Source: Auanema rhodensis
Taxonomy: Eukaryota; Animalia; Nematoda
Length of the DNA stretch: 64,000 bases
NCBI GenBank assembly: GCA_964057225.1
Contig: CAXKVF010000073.1
Span: 806,001 to 870,000 of the forward strand
Reading direction: 5' to 3'
The position numbers were made by a program, and so were the translations under genes. Shown in pieces: positions 25,501-39,777 of the stretch. Below the pieces are notes generated by a model. The model searched no databases and was not told the DNA's origin. It worked only from the letters and a program-made list of their open reading frames with translations. Each line of letters starts with the position of its first letter. Position 1 is the stretch's first letter.

Positions 25501-28500
25501 CCAATATCAATAAAAATTTGTTTTTAGACTAATATGGACATGGGGAATCTAATTTTGAAAACCGCATCTCTTTATCTTTCACGTGAAGCGAGTTACATAC
25601 CAAGTGCACATCACGTGTACATTTAATTAGCATAAATTAAAGTTCACGTAAATTTCAAAGTCATGGTTACCATGCACCAATATCAATAAAAATTTGTTTT
25701 TAGACTAATATGGACATGGGGAATCTAATTTTGAAAACCGCATCTCTTTATCTTTCACGTGAAGCGAGTTACATACCAAGTGCACATCACGTGTACATTT
25801 AATTAGCATAAATTAAAGTTCACGTAAATTTCAAAGTCATGGTTTCCATGCACCAATATCAATAAAAATTTGTTTTTAGACTAATATGGACATGGGGAAT
25901 CTAATTTTGAAAACCGCATCTCTTTATCTTTCACGTGAAGCGAGTTACATACCAAGTGCACATCACGTGTACATTTAATTAGCATAAATTAAAGTTCACG
26001 TAAATTTCAAAGTCATGGTTACCATGCACCAATATCAATAAAAATTTGTTTTTAGACTAATATGGACATGAGGAATCTAATTTTGAAAACCGCATCTCTT
26101 CATCTTTCACGTGAAGCGAGTTACATACCAAGTGCACATCACGTGTACATTTAATTAGCATAAATTAAAGTTCACGTAAATTTCAAAGTCATGGTTACCA
26201 TGCACGAATATCAATAAAAATTTGTTTTTAGACTAATATGGACATGGGGAATCTAATTTTGAAAACCGCATCTCTTTATCTTTCACGTGAAGCGAGTTAC
26301 ATACCAAGTGCACATCACGTGTACATTTAATTAGCATAAATTAAAGTTCACGTAAATTTCAAAGTCATGTTTACCATGCACCAATATCAATAAAAATTTG
26401 TTTTTAGACTAATATGGACATGGGGAATCTAATTTTGAAAACCGCATCTCTTTATCTTTCACGTGAAGCGAGTTACATACCAAGTGCACATCACGTGTAC
26501 ATTTAATTAGCATAAATTAAAGTTCACGTAAATTTCAAAGTCATGGTTACCATGAACCAATATCAATAAAAATTTGTTTTTAGACTAATATGGACATGGG
26601 GAATCTAATTTTGAAAACCGCATCTTTTTATCTTTCACGTGAAGCGAGTTACATACCAAGTGCACATCACGTGTACATTTAATTAGCATAAATTAAAGTT
26701 CACGTAAATTTCAAAGTCATGGTTACCATGCACCAATATCAATAAAAATTTGTTTTTATACTAATATGGACATGGGGAATCTAATTTTGAAAACCGCATC
26801 TCTTTATCTTTCACGTGAAGCGAGTTACATACCAAGTGCACATCACGTGTACATTTAATTAGCATAAATTAAAGTTCACGTAAATTTCAAAGTCATGGTT
26901 ACCATGCACCAATATCAATAAAAATTTGTTTTTAGACTAATATGGACATGGGGAATCTAATTTTGAAAACCGCATCTCTTTATCTTTCACGTGAAGCGAG
27001 TTACATACCAAGTGCACATCACGTGTACATTTAATTAGCATAAATTAAAGTTCACGTAAATTTCAAAGTCATGGTTACCATGCACCAATATCAATAAAAA
27101 TTTGTTTTTAGACTAATATGGACATGGGGAATCTAATTTTGAAAACCGCATCTCTTTATCTTTCACGTGAAGCGAGTTACATACCAAGTGCACATCACGT
27201 GTACATTTAATTAGCATAAATTAAAGTTCACGTAAATTTCAAAGTCATGGTTACCATGAACCAATATCAATAAAAATTTGTTTTTAGACTAATATGGACA
27301 TGGGGAATCTAATTTTGAAAACCGCATCTCTTTATCTTTCACGTGAAGCGAGTTACATACCAAGTGCACATCACGTGTACATTTAATTAGCATATATTAA
27401 AGTTCACGTAAATTTCAAAGTCATGGTTACCATGCACCAATATCAATAAAAATTTGTTTTTAGACTAATATGGACATGGGGAATCTAATTTTGAAAACCG
27501 CATCTCTTTATCTTTCACCTGAAGCGAGTTACATAACAAGTGCACATCACGTGTACATTTAATTAGCATAAATTAAAGTTCACGTAAATTTCAAAGTCAT
27601 GGTTACCATGCACCAATATCAATAAAAATTTGTTTTTAGACTAATATGGACATGGGGAATCTAATTTTGAAAACCGCATCTCTTTATCTTTCACGTGAAG
27701 CGAGTTACATACCAAGTGCACATCACGTGTACATTTAATTAGCATAAATTAAAGTTCACGTAAATTTCAAAGTCATGGTTACCACGAACCAATATCAATA
27801 AAAATTTGTTTTTAGACTAATATGGACATGGGGAATCTAATTTTGAAAACCGCATCTCTTTATCTTTCACGTGAAGCGAGTTACATACCAAGTGCACATC
27901 ACGTGTACATTTAATTAGCATAAATTAAAGTTCACGTAAATTTCAAAGTCATGGTTACCATGAACCAATATCTATAAACATTTGTTTTTAGACTAATATG
28001 GACATGGGGAATCTAATTTTGAAAACCGCATCTCTTTATCTTTCACGTGAAGCGAGTTACATACCAAGTGCACATCACGTGTACATTTAATTAGCATAAA
28101 TTAAAGTTCACGTAAATTTCAAAGTCATGGTTACCATGAACCAATATCAATAAAAATTTGTTTTTAGACTAATATGGACATGGGGAATCTAATTTTGAAA
28201 ACCGCATCTCTTTATCTTTCACGTGAAGCGAGTTACATACCAAGTGCACATCACGTGTACATTTAATTAGCATAAATTAAAGTTCACGTAAATTTCAAAG
28301 TCATGGTTACCATGCACCAATATCAATAAAAATTTGTTTTTATACTAATATGGACATGGGGAATCTAATTTTGAAAACCGCATCTCTTTATCTTTCACGT
28401 GAAGCGAGTTACATACCAAGTGCACATCACGTGTACATTTAATTAGCATAAATTAAAGTTCACGTAAATTTCAAAGTCATGGTTACCATGCACCAATATC

Positions 28501-28513
28501 AATAAAAATTTGT
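22530..28513 (+). repeat. Tandem 17-monomer (2992-bp) duplication
   Basis: Markers 148T, 22A/52C/157G, 145T, 49T, 6T, 114T, 62C/79A, 152C and 164T/170C all recur exactly 2992 bp apart (e.g. 24981 and 27973). Confidence 0.88.
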
Positions 28514-31500
28514 TTTTAGACTAATATGGACATGGGGAATCTAATTTTGAAAACCGCATCTCTTTATCTTTCACGTGAAGCGAGTTACATACCAAGTGCA
28601 CATCACGTGTACATTTAATTAGCATAAATTAAAGTTCACGTAAATTTCAAAGTCATGGTTACCATGAACCAATATCAATAAAAATTTGTTTTTAGACTAA
28701 TATGGACATGGGGAATCTAATTTTGAAAACCGCATCTCTTTATCTTTCACGTGAAGCGAGTTACATACCAAGTGCACATCACGTGTACATTTAATTAGCA
28801 TAAATTAAAGTTCACGTAAATTTCAAAGTCATGGTTACCATGCACCAATATCAATAAAAATTTGTTTTTAGACTAATATGGACATGGGGAATCTAATTTT
28901 GAAAACCGCATCTCTTCATCTTTCACGTGAAGCGAGTTACATACCAAGTGCACATCACGTGTACATTTAATTAGCATAAATTAAAGTTCACGTAAATTTC
29001 AAAGTCATGGTTACCATGCACGAATATCAATAAAAATTTGTTTTTAGACTAATATGGACATGGGGAATCTAATTTTGAAAACCGCATCTCTTTATCTTTC
29101 ACGTGAAGCGAGTTACATACCAAGTGCACATCACGTGTACATTTAATTAGCATAAATTAAAGTTCACGTAAATTTCAAAGTCATGTTTACCATGCACCAA
29201 TATCAATAAAAATTTGTTTTTAGACTAATATGGACATGGGGAATCTAATTTTGAAAACCGCATCTCTTTATCTTTCACGTGAAGCGAGTTACATACCAAG
29301 TGCACATCACGTGTACATTTAATTAGCATAAATTAAAGTTCACGTAAATTTCAAAGTCATGGTTACCATGCACCAATATCAATAAAAATTTGTTTTTAGA
29401 CTAATATGGACATGGGGAATCTAATTTTGAAAACCGCATCTCTTTATCTTTCACGTGAAGCGAGTTACATACCAAGTGCACATCACGTGTACATTTAATT
29501 AGCATAAAATAAAGTTCACGTAAATTTCAAAGTCATGGTTACCATGCACCAATATCAATAAAAATTTGTTTTTAGACTAATATGGACATGGGGAATCTAA
29601 TTTTGAAAACCGCATCTCGTTATCTTTCACGTGAAGCGAGTTACATACCAAGTGCACATCACGTGTACATTTAATTAGCATAAATTAAAGTTCACGTAAA
29701 TTTCAAAGTCATGGTTACCATGCACCAATATCAATAAAAATTTGTTTTTAGACTAATATGGACATGGGGAATCTAATTTTGAAAACCGCATCTCTTTATC
29801 TTTCACGTGAAGCGAGTTACATACCAAGTGCACATCACGTGTACATTTAATTAGCATAAATTAAAGTTCACGTAAATTTCAAAGTCATGGTTACCATGCA
29901 CCAATATCAATAAAAATTTGTTTTTAGACTAATATGGACATGGGGAATCTAATTTTGAAAACCGCATCTCTTTATCTTTCACGTGAAGCGAGTTACATAC
30001 CAAGTGCACATCACGTGTACATTTAATTAGCATAAATTAAAGTTCACGTAAATTTCAAAGTCATGGTTACCATGAACCAATATCAATAAAAATTTGTTTT
30101 TAGACTAATATGGACATGGGGAATCTAATTTTGAAAACCGCATCTCTTTATCTTTCACGTGAAGCGAGTTACATACCAAGTGCACATCACGTGTACATTT
30201 AATTAGCATAAATTAAAGTTCACGTAAATTTCAAAGTCATGGTTACCATGAACCAATATCAATAAAAATTTGTTTTTAGACTAATATGGACATGGGGAAT
30301 CTAATTTTGAAAACCGCATCTCTTTATCTTTCACGTGAAGCGAGTTACATACCAAGTGCACATCACGTGTACATTTAATTAGCATAAATTAAAGTTCACG
30401 TAAATTTCAAAGTCATGGTTACCATGCACCAATATCAATAAAAATTTGTTTTTAGACTAATATGGACATGGGGAATCTAATTTTGAAAACCGCATCTCTT
30501 TATCTTTCACGTGAAGCGAGTTACATACCAAGTGCACATCACGTGTACATTTAATTAGCATAAATTAAAGTTCACGTAAATTTCAAAGTCATGGTTTCCA
30601 TGCACCAATATCAATAAAAATTTGTTTTTAGACTAATATGGACATGGGGAATCTAATTTTGAAAACCGCATCTCTTTATCTTTCACGTGAAGCGAGTTAC
30701 ATACCAAGTGCACATCACGTGTACATTTAATTAGCATAAATTAAAGTTCACGTAAATTTCAAAGTCATGGTTACCATGCACCAATATCAATAAAAATTTG
30801 TTTTTAGACTAATATGGACATGGGGAATCTAATTTTGAAAACCGCATCTCTTCATCTTTCACGTGAAGCGAGTTACATACCAAGTGCACATCACGTGTAC
30901 ATTTAATTAGCATAAATTAAAGTTCACGTAAATTTCAAAGTCATGGTTACCATGAACCAATATCAATAAAAATTTGTTTTTAGACTAATATGGACATGGG
31001 GAATCTAATTTTGAAAACCGCATCTCTTTATCTTTCACGTGAAGCGAGTTACATACCAAGTGCACATCACGTGTACATTTAATTAGCATAAATTAAAGTT
31101 CACGTAAATTTCAAAGTCATGGTTACCATGCACCAATATCAATAAAAATTTGTTTTTAGACTAATATGGACATGGGGAATCTAATTTTGAAAACCGCATC
31201 TCGTTATCTTTCACGTGAAGCGAGTTACATACCAAGTGCACATCACGTGTACATTTAATTAGCATAAATTAAAGTTCACGTAAATTTCAAAGTCATGGTT
31301 ACCATGCACCAATATCAATAAAAATTTGTTTTTAGACTAATATGGACATGGGGAATCTAATTTTGAAAACCGCATCTCTTTATCTTTCACGTGAAGCGAG
31401 TTACATACCAAGTGCACATCACGTGTACATTTAATTAGCATAAATTAAAGTTCACGTAAATTTCAAAGTCATGGTTACCATGCACCAATATCAATAAAAA

Positions 31501-32737
31501 TTTGTTTTTAGACTAATATGGACATGGGGAATCTAATTTTGAAAACCGCATCTCTTTATCTTTCACGTGAAGCGAGTTACATACCAAGTGCACATCACGT
31601 GTACATTTAATTAGCATAAATTAAAGTTCACGTAAATTTCAAAGTCATGGTTACCATGAACCAATATCAATAAAAATTTGTTTTTAGACTAATATGGACA
31701 TGGGGAATCTAATTTTGAAAACCGCATCTCTTTATCTTTCACGTGAAGCGAGTTACATACCAAGTGCACATCACGTGTACATTTAATTAGCATAAATTAA
31801 AGTTCACGTAAATTTCAAAGTCATGGTTACCATGAACCAATATCAATAAAAATTTGTTTTTAGACTAATATGGACATGGGGAATCTAATTTTGAAAACCG
31901 CATCTCTTTATCTTTCACGTGAAGCGAGTTACATACCAAGTGCACATCACGTGTACATTTAATTAGCATAAATTAAAGTTCACGTAAATTTCAAAGTCAT
32001 GGTTTCCATGCACCAATATCAATAAAAATTTGTTTTTAGACTAATATGGACATGGGGAATCTAATTTTGAAAACCGCATCTCTTTATCTTTCACGTGAAG
32101 CGAGTTACATACCAAGTGCACATCACGTGTACATTTAATTAGCATAAATTAAAGTTCACGTAAATTTCAAAGTCATGGTTACCATGCACCAATATCAATA
32201 AAAATTTGTTTTTAGACTAATATGGACATGGGGAATCTAATTTTGAAAACCGCATCTCTTCATCTTTCACGTGAAGCGAGTTACATACCAAGTGCACATC
32301 ACGTGTACATTTAATTAGCATAAATTAAAGTTCACGTAAATTTCAAAGTCATGGTTACCATGAACCAATATCAATAAAAATTTGTTTTTAGACTAATATG
32401 GACATGGGGAATCTAATTTTGAAAACCGCATCTCTTTATCTTTCACGTGAAGCGAGTTACATACCAAGTGCACATCACGTGTACATTTAATTAGCATAAA
32501 TTAAAGTTCACGTAAATTTCAAAGTCATGGTTACCATGCACCAATATCAATAAAAATTTGTTTTTAGACTAATATGGACATGGGGAATCTAATTTTGAAA
32601 ACCGCATCTCGTTATCTTTCACGTGAAGCGAGTTACATACCAAGTGCACATCACGTGTACATTTAATTAGCATAAATTAAAGTTCACGTAAATTTCAAAG
32701 TCATGGTTACCATGCACCAATATCAATAAAAATTTGT

Positions 32738-35700
32738 TTTTAGACTAATATGGACATGGGGAATCTAATTTTGAAAACCGCATCTCTTTATCTTTCACGT
32801 GAAGCGAGTTACATACCAAGTGCACATCACGTGTACATTTAATTAGCATAAATTAAAGTTCACGTAAATTTCAAAGTCATGGTTACCATGAACCAATATC
32901 AATAAAAATTTGTTTTTAGACTAATATGGACATGGGGAATCTAATTTTGAAAACCGCATCTCTTTATCTTTCACGTGAAGCGAGTTACATACCAAGTGCA
33001 CATCACGTGTACATTTAATTAGCATAAATTAAAGTTCACGTAAATTTCAAAGTCATGGTTACCATGCACCAATATCAATAAAAATTTGTTTTTAGACTAA
33101 TATGGACATGGGGAATCTAATTTTGAAAACCGCATCTCTTTATCTTTCACGTGAAGCGAGTTACATACCAAGTGCACATCACGTGTACATTTAATTAGCA
33201 TAAATTAAAGTTCACGTAAATTTCAAAGTCATGGTTTCCATGCACCAATATCAATAAAAATTTGTTTTTAGACTAATATGGACATGGGGAATCTAATTTT
33301 GAAAACCGCATCTCTTTATCTTTCACGTGAAGCGAGTTACATACCAAGTGCACATCACGTGTACATTTAATTAGCATAAATTAAAGTTCACGTAAATTTC
33401 AAAGTCATGGTTACCATGCACCAATATCAATAAAAATTTGTTTTTAGACTAATATGGACATGGGGAATCTAATTTTGAAAACCGCATCTCTTCATCTTTC
33501 ACGTGAAGCGAGTTACATACCAAGTGCACATCACGTGTACATTTAATTAGCATAAATTAAAGTTCACGTAAATTTCAAAGTCATGGTTACCATGCACGAA
33601 TATCAATAAAAATTTGTTTTTAGACTAATATGGACATGGGGAATCTAATTTTGAAAACCGCATCTCTTTATCTTTCACGTGAAGCGAGTTACATACCAAG
33701 TGCACATCACGTGTACATTTAATTAGCATATATTAAAGTTCACGTAAATTTCAAAGTCATGGTTACCATGCACCAATATCAATAAAAATTTGTTTTTAGA
33801 CTAATATGGACATGGGGAATCTAATTTTGAAAACCGCATCTCTTTATCTTTCACCTGAAGCGAGTTACATAACAAGTGCACATCACGTGTACATTTAATT
33901 AGCATAAATTAAAGTTCACGTAAATTTCAAAGTCATGGTTACCATGCACCAATATCAATAAAAATTTGTTTTTAGACTAATATGGACATGGGGAATCTAA
34001 TTTTGAAAACCGCATCTCTTTATCTTTCACCTGAAGCGAGTTACATAACAAGTGCACATCACGTGTACATTTAATTAGCATAAATTAAAGTTCACGTAAA
34101 TTTCAAAGTCATGGTTACCATGCACCAATATCAATAAAAATTTGTTTTTAGACTAATATGGACATGGGGAATCTAATTTTGAAAACCGCATCTCTTTATC
34201 TTTCACGTGAAGCGAGTTACATACCAAGTGCACATCACGTGTACATTTAATTAGCATAAATTAAAGTTCACGTAAATTTCAAAGTCATGGTTACCACGAA
34301 CCAATATCAATAAAAATTTGTTTTTAGACTAATATGGACATGGGGAATCTAATTTTGAAAACCGCATCTCTTTATCTTTCACGTGAAGCGAGTTACATAC
34401 CAAGTGCACATCACGTGTACATTTAATTAGCATAAATTAAAGTTCACGTAAATTTCAAAGTCATGGTTACCATGCACCAATATCAATAAAAATTTGTTTT
34501 TAGACTAATATGGACATGGGGAATCTAATTTTGAAAACCGCATCTCTTTATCTTTCACGTGAAGCGAGTTACATACCAAGTGCACATCACGTGTACATTT
34601 AATTAGCATAAATTAAAGTTCACGTAAATTTCAAAGTCATGGTTACCATGAACCAATATCAATAAAAATTTGTTTTTAGACTAATATGGACATGGGGAAT
34701 CTAATTTTGAAAACCGCATCTCTTTATCTTTCACGTGAAGCGAGTTACATACCAAGTGCACATCACGTGTACATTTAATTAGCATAAATTAAAGTTCACG
34801 TAAATTTCAAAGTCATGGTTACCATGAACCAATATCAATAAAAATTTGTTTTTAGACTAATATGGACATGGGGAATCTAATTTTGAAAACCGCATCTCTT
34901 TATCTTTCACGTGAAGCGAGTTACATACCAAGTGCACATCACGTGTACATTTAATTAGCATAAATTAAAGTTCACGTAAATTTCAAAGTCATGGTTACCA
35001 TGCACCAATATCAATAAAAATTTGTTTTTAGACTAATATGGACATGGGGAATCTAATTTTGAAAACCGCATCTCTTTATCTTTCACGTGAAGCGAGTTAC
35101 ATACCAAGTGCACATCACGTGTACATTTAATTAGCATAAATTAAAGTTCACGTAAATTTCAAAGTCATGGTTTCCATGCACCAATATCAATAAAAATTTG
35201 TTTTTAGACTAATATGGACATGGGGAATCTAATTTTGAAAACCGCATCTCTTTATCTTTCACGTGAAGCGAGTTACATACCAAGTGCACATCACGTGTAC
35301 ATTTAATTAGCATAAATTAAAGTTCACGTAAATTTCAAAGTCATGGTTACCATGAACCAATATCAATAAAAATTTGTTTTTAGACTAATATGGACATGGG
35401 GAATCTAATTTTGAAAACCGCATCTCTTTATCTTTCACGTGAAGCGAGTTACATACCAAGTGCACATCACGTGTACATTTAATTAGCATAAATTAAAGTT
35501 CACGTAAATTTCAAAGTCATGGTTACCATGCACCAATATCAATAAAAATTTGTTTTTAGACTAATATGGACATGGGGAATCTAATTTTGAAAACCGCATC
35601 TCTTTATCTTTCACGTGAAGCGAGTTACATACCAAGTGCACATCACGTGTACATTTAATTAGCATAAATTAAAGTTCACGTAAATTTCAAAGTCATGGTT

Positions 35701-38700
35701 ACCATGCACCAATATCAATAAAAATTTGTTTTTAGACTAATATGGACATGGGGAATCTAATTTTGAAAACCGCATCTCTTTATCTTTCACGTGAAGCGAG
35801 TTACATACCAAGTGCACATCACGTGTACATTTAATTAGCATAAATTAAAGTTCACGTAAATTTCAAAGTCATGGTTACCATGAACCAATATCAATAAAAA
35901 TTTGTTTTTAGACTAATATGGACATGGGGAATCTAATTTTGAAAACCGCATCTCTTTATCTTTCACGTGAAGCGAGTTACATACCAAGTGCACATCACGT
36001 GTACATTTAATTAGCATAAATTAAAGTTCACGTAAATTTCAAAGTCATGGTTACCATGAACCAATATCAATAAAAATTTGTTTTTAGACTAATATGGACA
36101 TGGGGAATCTAATTTTGAAAACCGCATCTCTTTATCTTTCACGTGAAGCGAGTTACATACCAAGTGCACATCACGTGTACATTTAATTAGCATAAATTAA
36201 AGTTCACGTAAATTTCAAAGTCATGGTTACCATGCACCAATATCAATAAAAATTTGTTTTTAGACTAATATGGACATGGGGAATCTAATTTTGAAAACCG
36301 CATCTCTTTATCTTTCACGTGAAGCGAGTTACATACCAAGTGCACATCACGTGTACATTTAATTAGCATAAATTAAAGTTCACGTAAATTTCAAAGTCAT
36401 GGTTTCCATGCACCAATATCAATAAAAATTTGTTTTTAGACTAATATGGACATGGGGAATCTAATTTTGAAAACCGCATCTCTTTATCTTTCACGTGAAG
36501 CGAGTTACATACCAAGTGCACATCACGTGTACATTTAATTAGCATAAATTAAAGTTCACGTAAATTTCAAAGTCATGGTTACCATGAACCAATATCAATA
36601 AAAATTTGTTTTTAGACTAATATGGACATGGGGAATCTAATTTTGAAAACCGCATCTCTTTATCTTTCACGTGAAGCGAGTTACATACCAAGTGCACATC
36701 ACGTGTACATTTAATTAGCATAAATTAAAGTTCACGTAAATTTCAAAGTCATGGTTACCATGAACCAATATCAATAAAAATTTGTTTTTAGACTAATATG
36801 GACATGGGGAATCTAATTTTGAAAACCGCATCTCTTTATCTTTCACGTGAAGCGAGTTACATACCAAGTGCACATCACGTGTACATTTAATTAGCATAAA
36901 TTAAAGTTCACGTAAATTTCAAAGTCATGGTTACCATGCACCAATATCAATAAAAATTTGTTTTTAGACTAATATGGACATGGGGAATCTAATTTTGAAA
37001 ACCGCATCTCTTTATCTTTCACGTGAAGCGAGTTACATACCAAGTGCACATCACGTGTACATTTAATTAGCATAAATTAAAGTTCACGTAAATTTCAAAG
37101 TCATGGTTTCCATGCACCAATATCAATAAAAATTTGTTTTTAGACTAATATGGACATGGGGAATCTAATTTTGAAAACCGCATCTCTTTATCTTTCACGT
37201 GAAGCGAGTTACATACCAAGTGCACATCACGTGTACATTTAATTAGCATAAATTAAAGTTCACGTAAATTTCAAAGTCATGGTTACCATGCACCAATATC
37301 AATAAAAATTTGTTTTTAGACTAATATGGACATGGGGAATCTAATTTTGAAAACCGCATCTCTTCATCTTTCACGTGAAGCGAGTTACATACCAAGTGCA
37401 CATCACGTGTACATTTAATTAGCATAAATTAAAGTTCACGTAAATTTCAAAGTCATGGTTACCATGCACGAATATCAATAAAAATTTGTTTTTAGACTAA
37501 TATGGACATGGGGAATCTAATTTTGAAAACCGCATCTCTTTATCTTTCACGTGAAGCGAGTTACATACCAAGTGCACATCACGTGTACATTTAATTAGCA
37601 TATATTAAAGTTCACGTAAATTTCAAAGTCATGGTTACCATGCACCAATATCAATAAAAATTTGTTTTTAGACTAATATGGACATGGGGAATCTAATTTT
37701 GAAAACCGCATCTCTTTATCTTTCACCTGAAGCGAGTTACATAACAAGTGCACATCACGTGTACATTTAATTAGCATAAATTAAAGTTCACGTAAATTTC
37801 AAAGTCATGGTTACCATGCACCAATATCAATAAAAATTTGTTTTTAGACTAATATGGACATGGGGAATCTAATTTTGAAAACCGCATCTCTTTATCTTTC
37901 ACCTGAAGCGAGTTACATAACAAGTGCACATCACGTGTACATTTAATTAGCATAAATTAAAGTTCACGTAAATTTCAAAGTCATGGTTACCATGCACCAA
38001 TATCAATAAAAATTTGTTTTTAGACTAATATGGACATGGGGAATCTAATTTTGAAAACCGCATCTCTTTATCTTTCACGTGAAGCGAGTTACATACCAAG
38101 TGCACATCACGTGTACATTTAATTAGCATAAATTAAAGTTCACGTAAATTTCAAAGTCATGGTTACCACGAACCAATATCAATAAAAATTTGTTTTTAGA
38201 CTAATATGGACATGGGGAATCTAATTTTGAAAACCGCATCTCTTTATCTTTCACGTGAAGCGAGTTACATACCAAGTGCACATCACGTGTACATTTAATT
38301 AGCATAAATTAAAGTTCACGTAAATTTCAAAGTCATGGTTACCATGAACCAATATCAATAAAAATTTGTTTTTAGACTAATATGGACATGGGGAATCTAA
38401 TTTTGAAAACCGCATCTCTTTATCTTTCACGTGAAGCGAGTTACATACCAAGTGCACATCACGTGTACATTTAATTAGCATAAATTAAAGTTCACGTAAA
38501 TTTCAAAGTCATGGTTACCATGCACCAATATCAATAAAAATTTGTTTTTAGACTAATATGGACATGGGGAATCTAATTTTGAAAACCGCATCTCTTTATC
38601 TTTCACGTGAAGCGAGTTACATACCAAGTGCACATCACGTGTACATTTAATTAGCATAAATTAAAGTTCACGTAAATTTCAAAGTCATGGTTTCCATGCA

Positions 38701-39777
38701 CCAATATCAATAAAAATTTGTTTTTAGACTAATATGGACATGGGGAATCTAATTTTGAAAACCGCATCTCTTTATCTTTCACGTGAAGCGAGTTACATAC
38801 CAAGTGCACATCACGTGTACATTTAATTAGCATAAATTAAAGTTCACGTAAATTTCAAAGTCATGGTTACCATGCACCAATATCAATAAAAATTTGTTTT
38901 TAGACTAATATGGACATGGGGAATCTAATTTTGAAAACCGCATCTCTTCATCTTTCACGTGAAGCGAGTTACATACCAAGTGCACATCACGTGTACATTT
39001 AATTAGCATAAATTAAAGTTCACGTAAATTTCAAAGTCATGGTTACCATGCACGAATATCAATAAAAATTTGTTTTTAGACTAATATGGACATGGGGAAT
39101 CTAATTTTGAAAACCGCATCTCTTTATCTTTCACGTGAAGCGAGTTACATACCAAGTGCACATCACGTGTACATTTAATTAGCATATATTAAAGTTCACG
39201 TAAATTTCAAAGTCATGGTTACCATGCACCAATATCAATAAAAATTTGTTTTTAGACTAATATGGACATGGGGAATCTAATTTTGAAAACCGCATCTCTT
39301 TATCTTTCACCTGAAGCGAGTTACATAACAAGTGCACATCACGTGTACATTTAATTAGCATAAATTAAAGTTCACGTAAATTTCAAAGTCATGGTTACCA
39401 TGCACCAATATCAATAAAAATTTGTTTTTAGACTAATATGGACATGGGGAATCTAATTTTGAAAACCGCATCTCTTTATCTTTCACCTGAAGCGAGTTAC
39501 ATAACAAGTGCACATCACGTGTACATTTAATTAGCATAAATTAAAGTTCACGTAAATTTCAAAGTCATGGTTACCATGCACCAATATCAATAAAAATTTG
39601 TTTTTAGACTAATATGGACATGGGGAATCTAATTTTGAAAACCGCATCTCTTTATCTTTCACGTGAAGCGAGTTACATACCAAGTGCACATCACGTGTAC
39701 ATTTAATTAGCATAAATTAAAGTTCACGTAAATTTCAAAGTCATGGTTACCACGAACCAATATCAATAAAAATTTGT
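32738..39777 (+). repeat. Three copies of a 9-monomer (1584-bp) unit at 32738-34321, 36610-38193 and 38194-39777
   Basis: The order [A][C][148T][C][52C,157G][114T][62C,79A][62C,79A][152C] is identical in all three. The last two copies are tandem. Confidence 0.85.
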
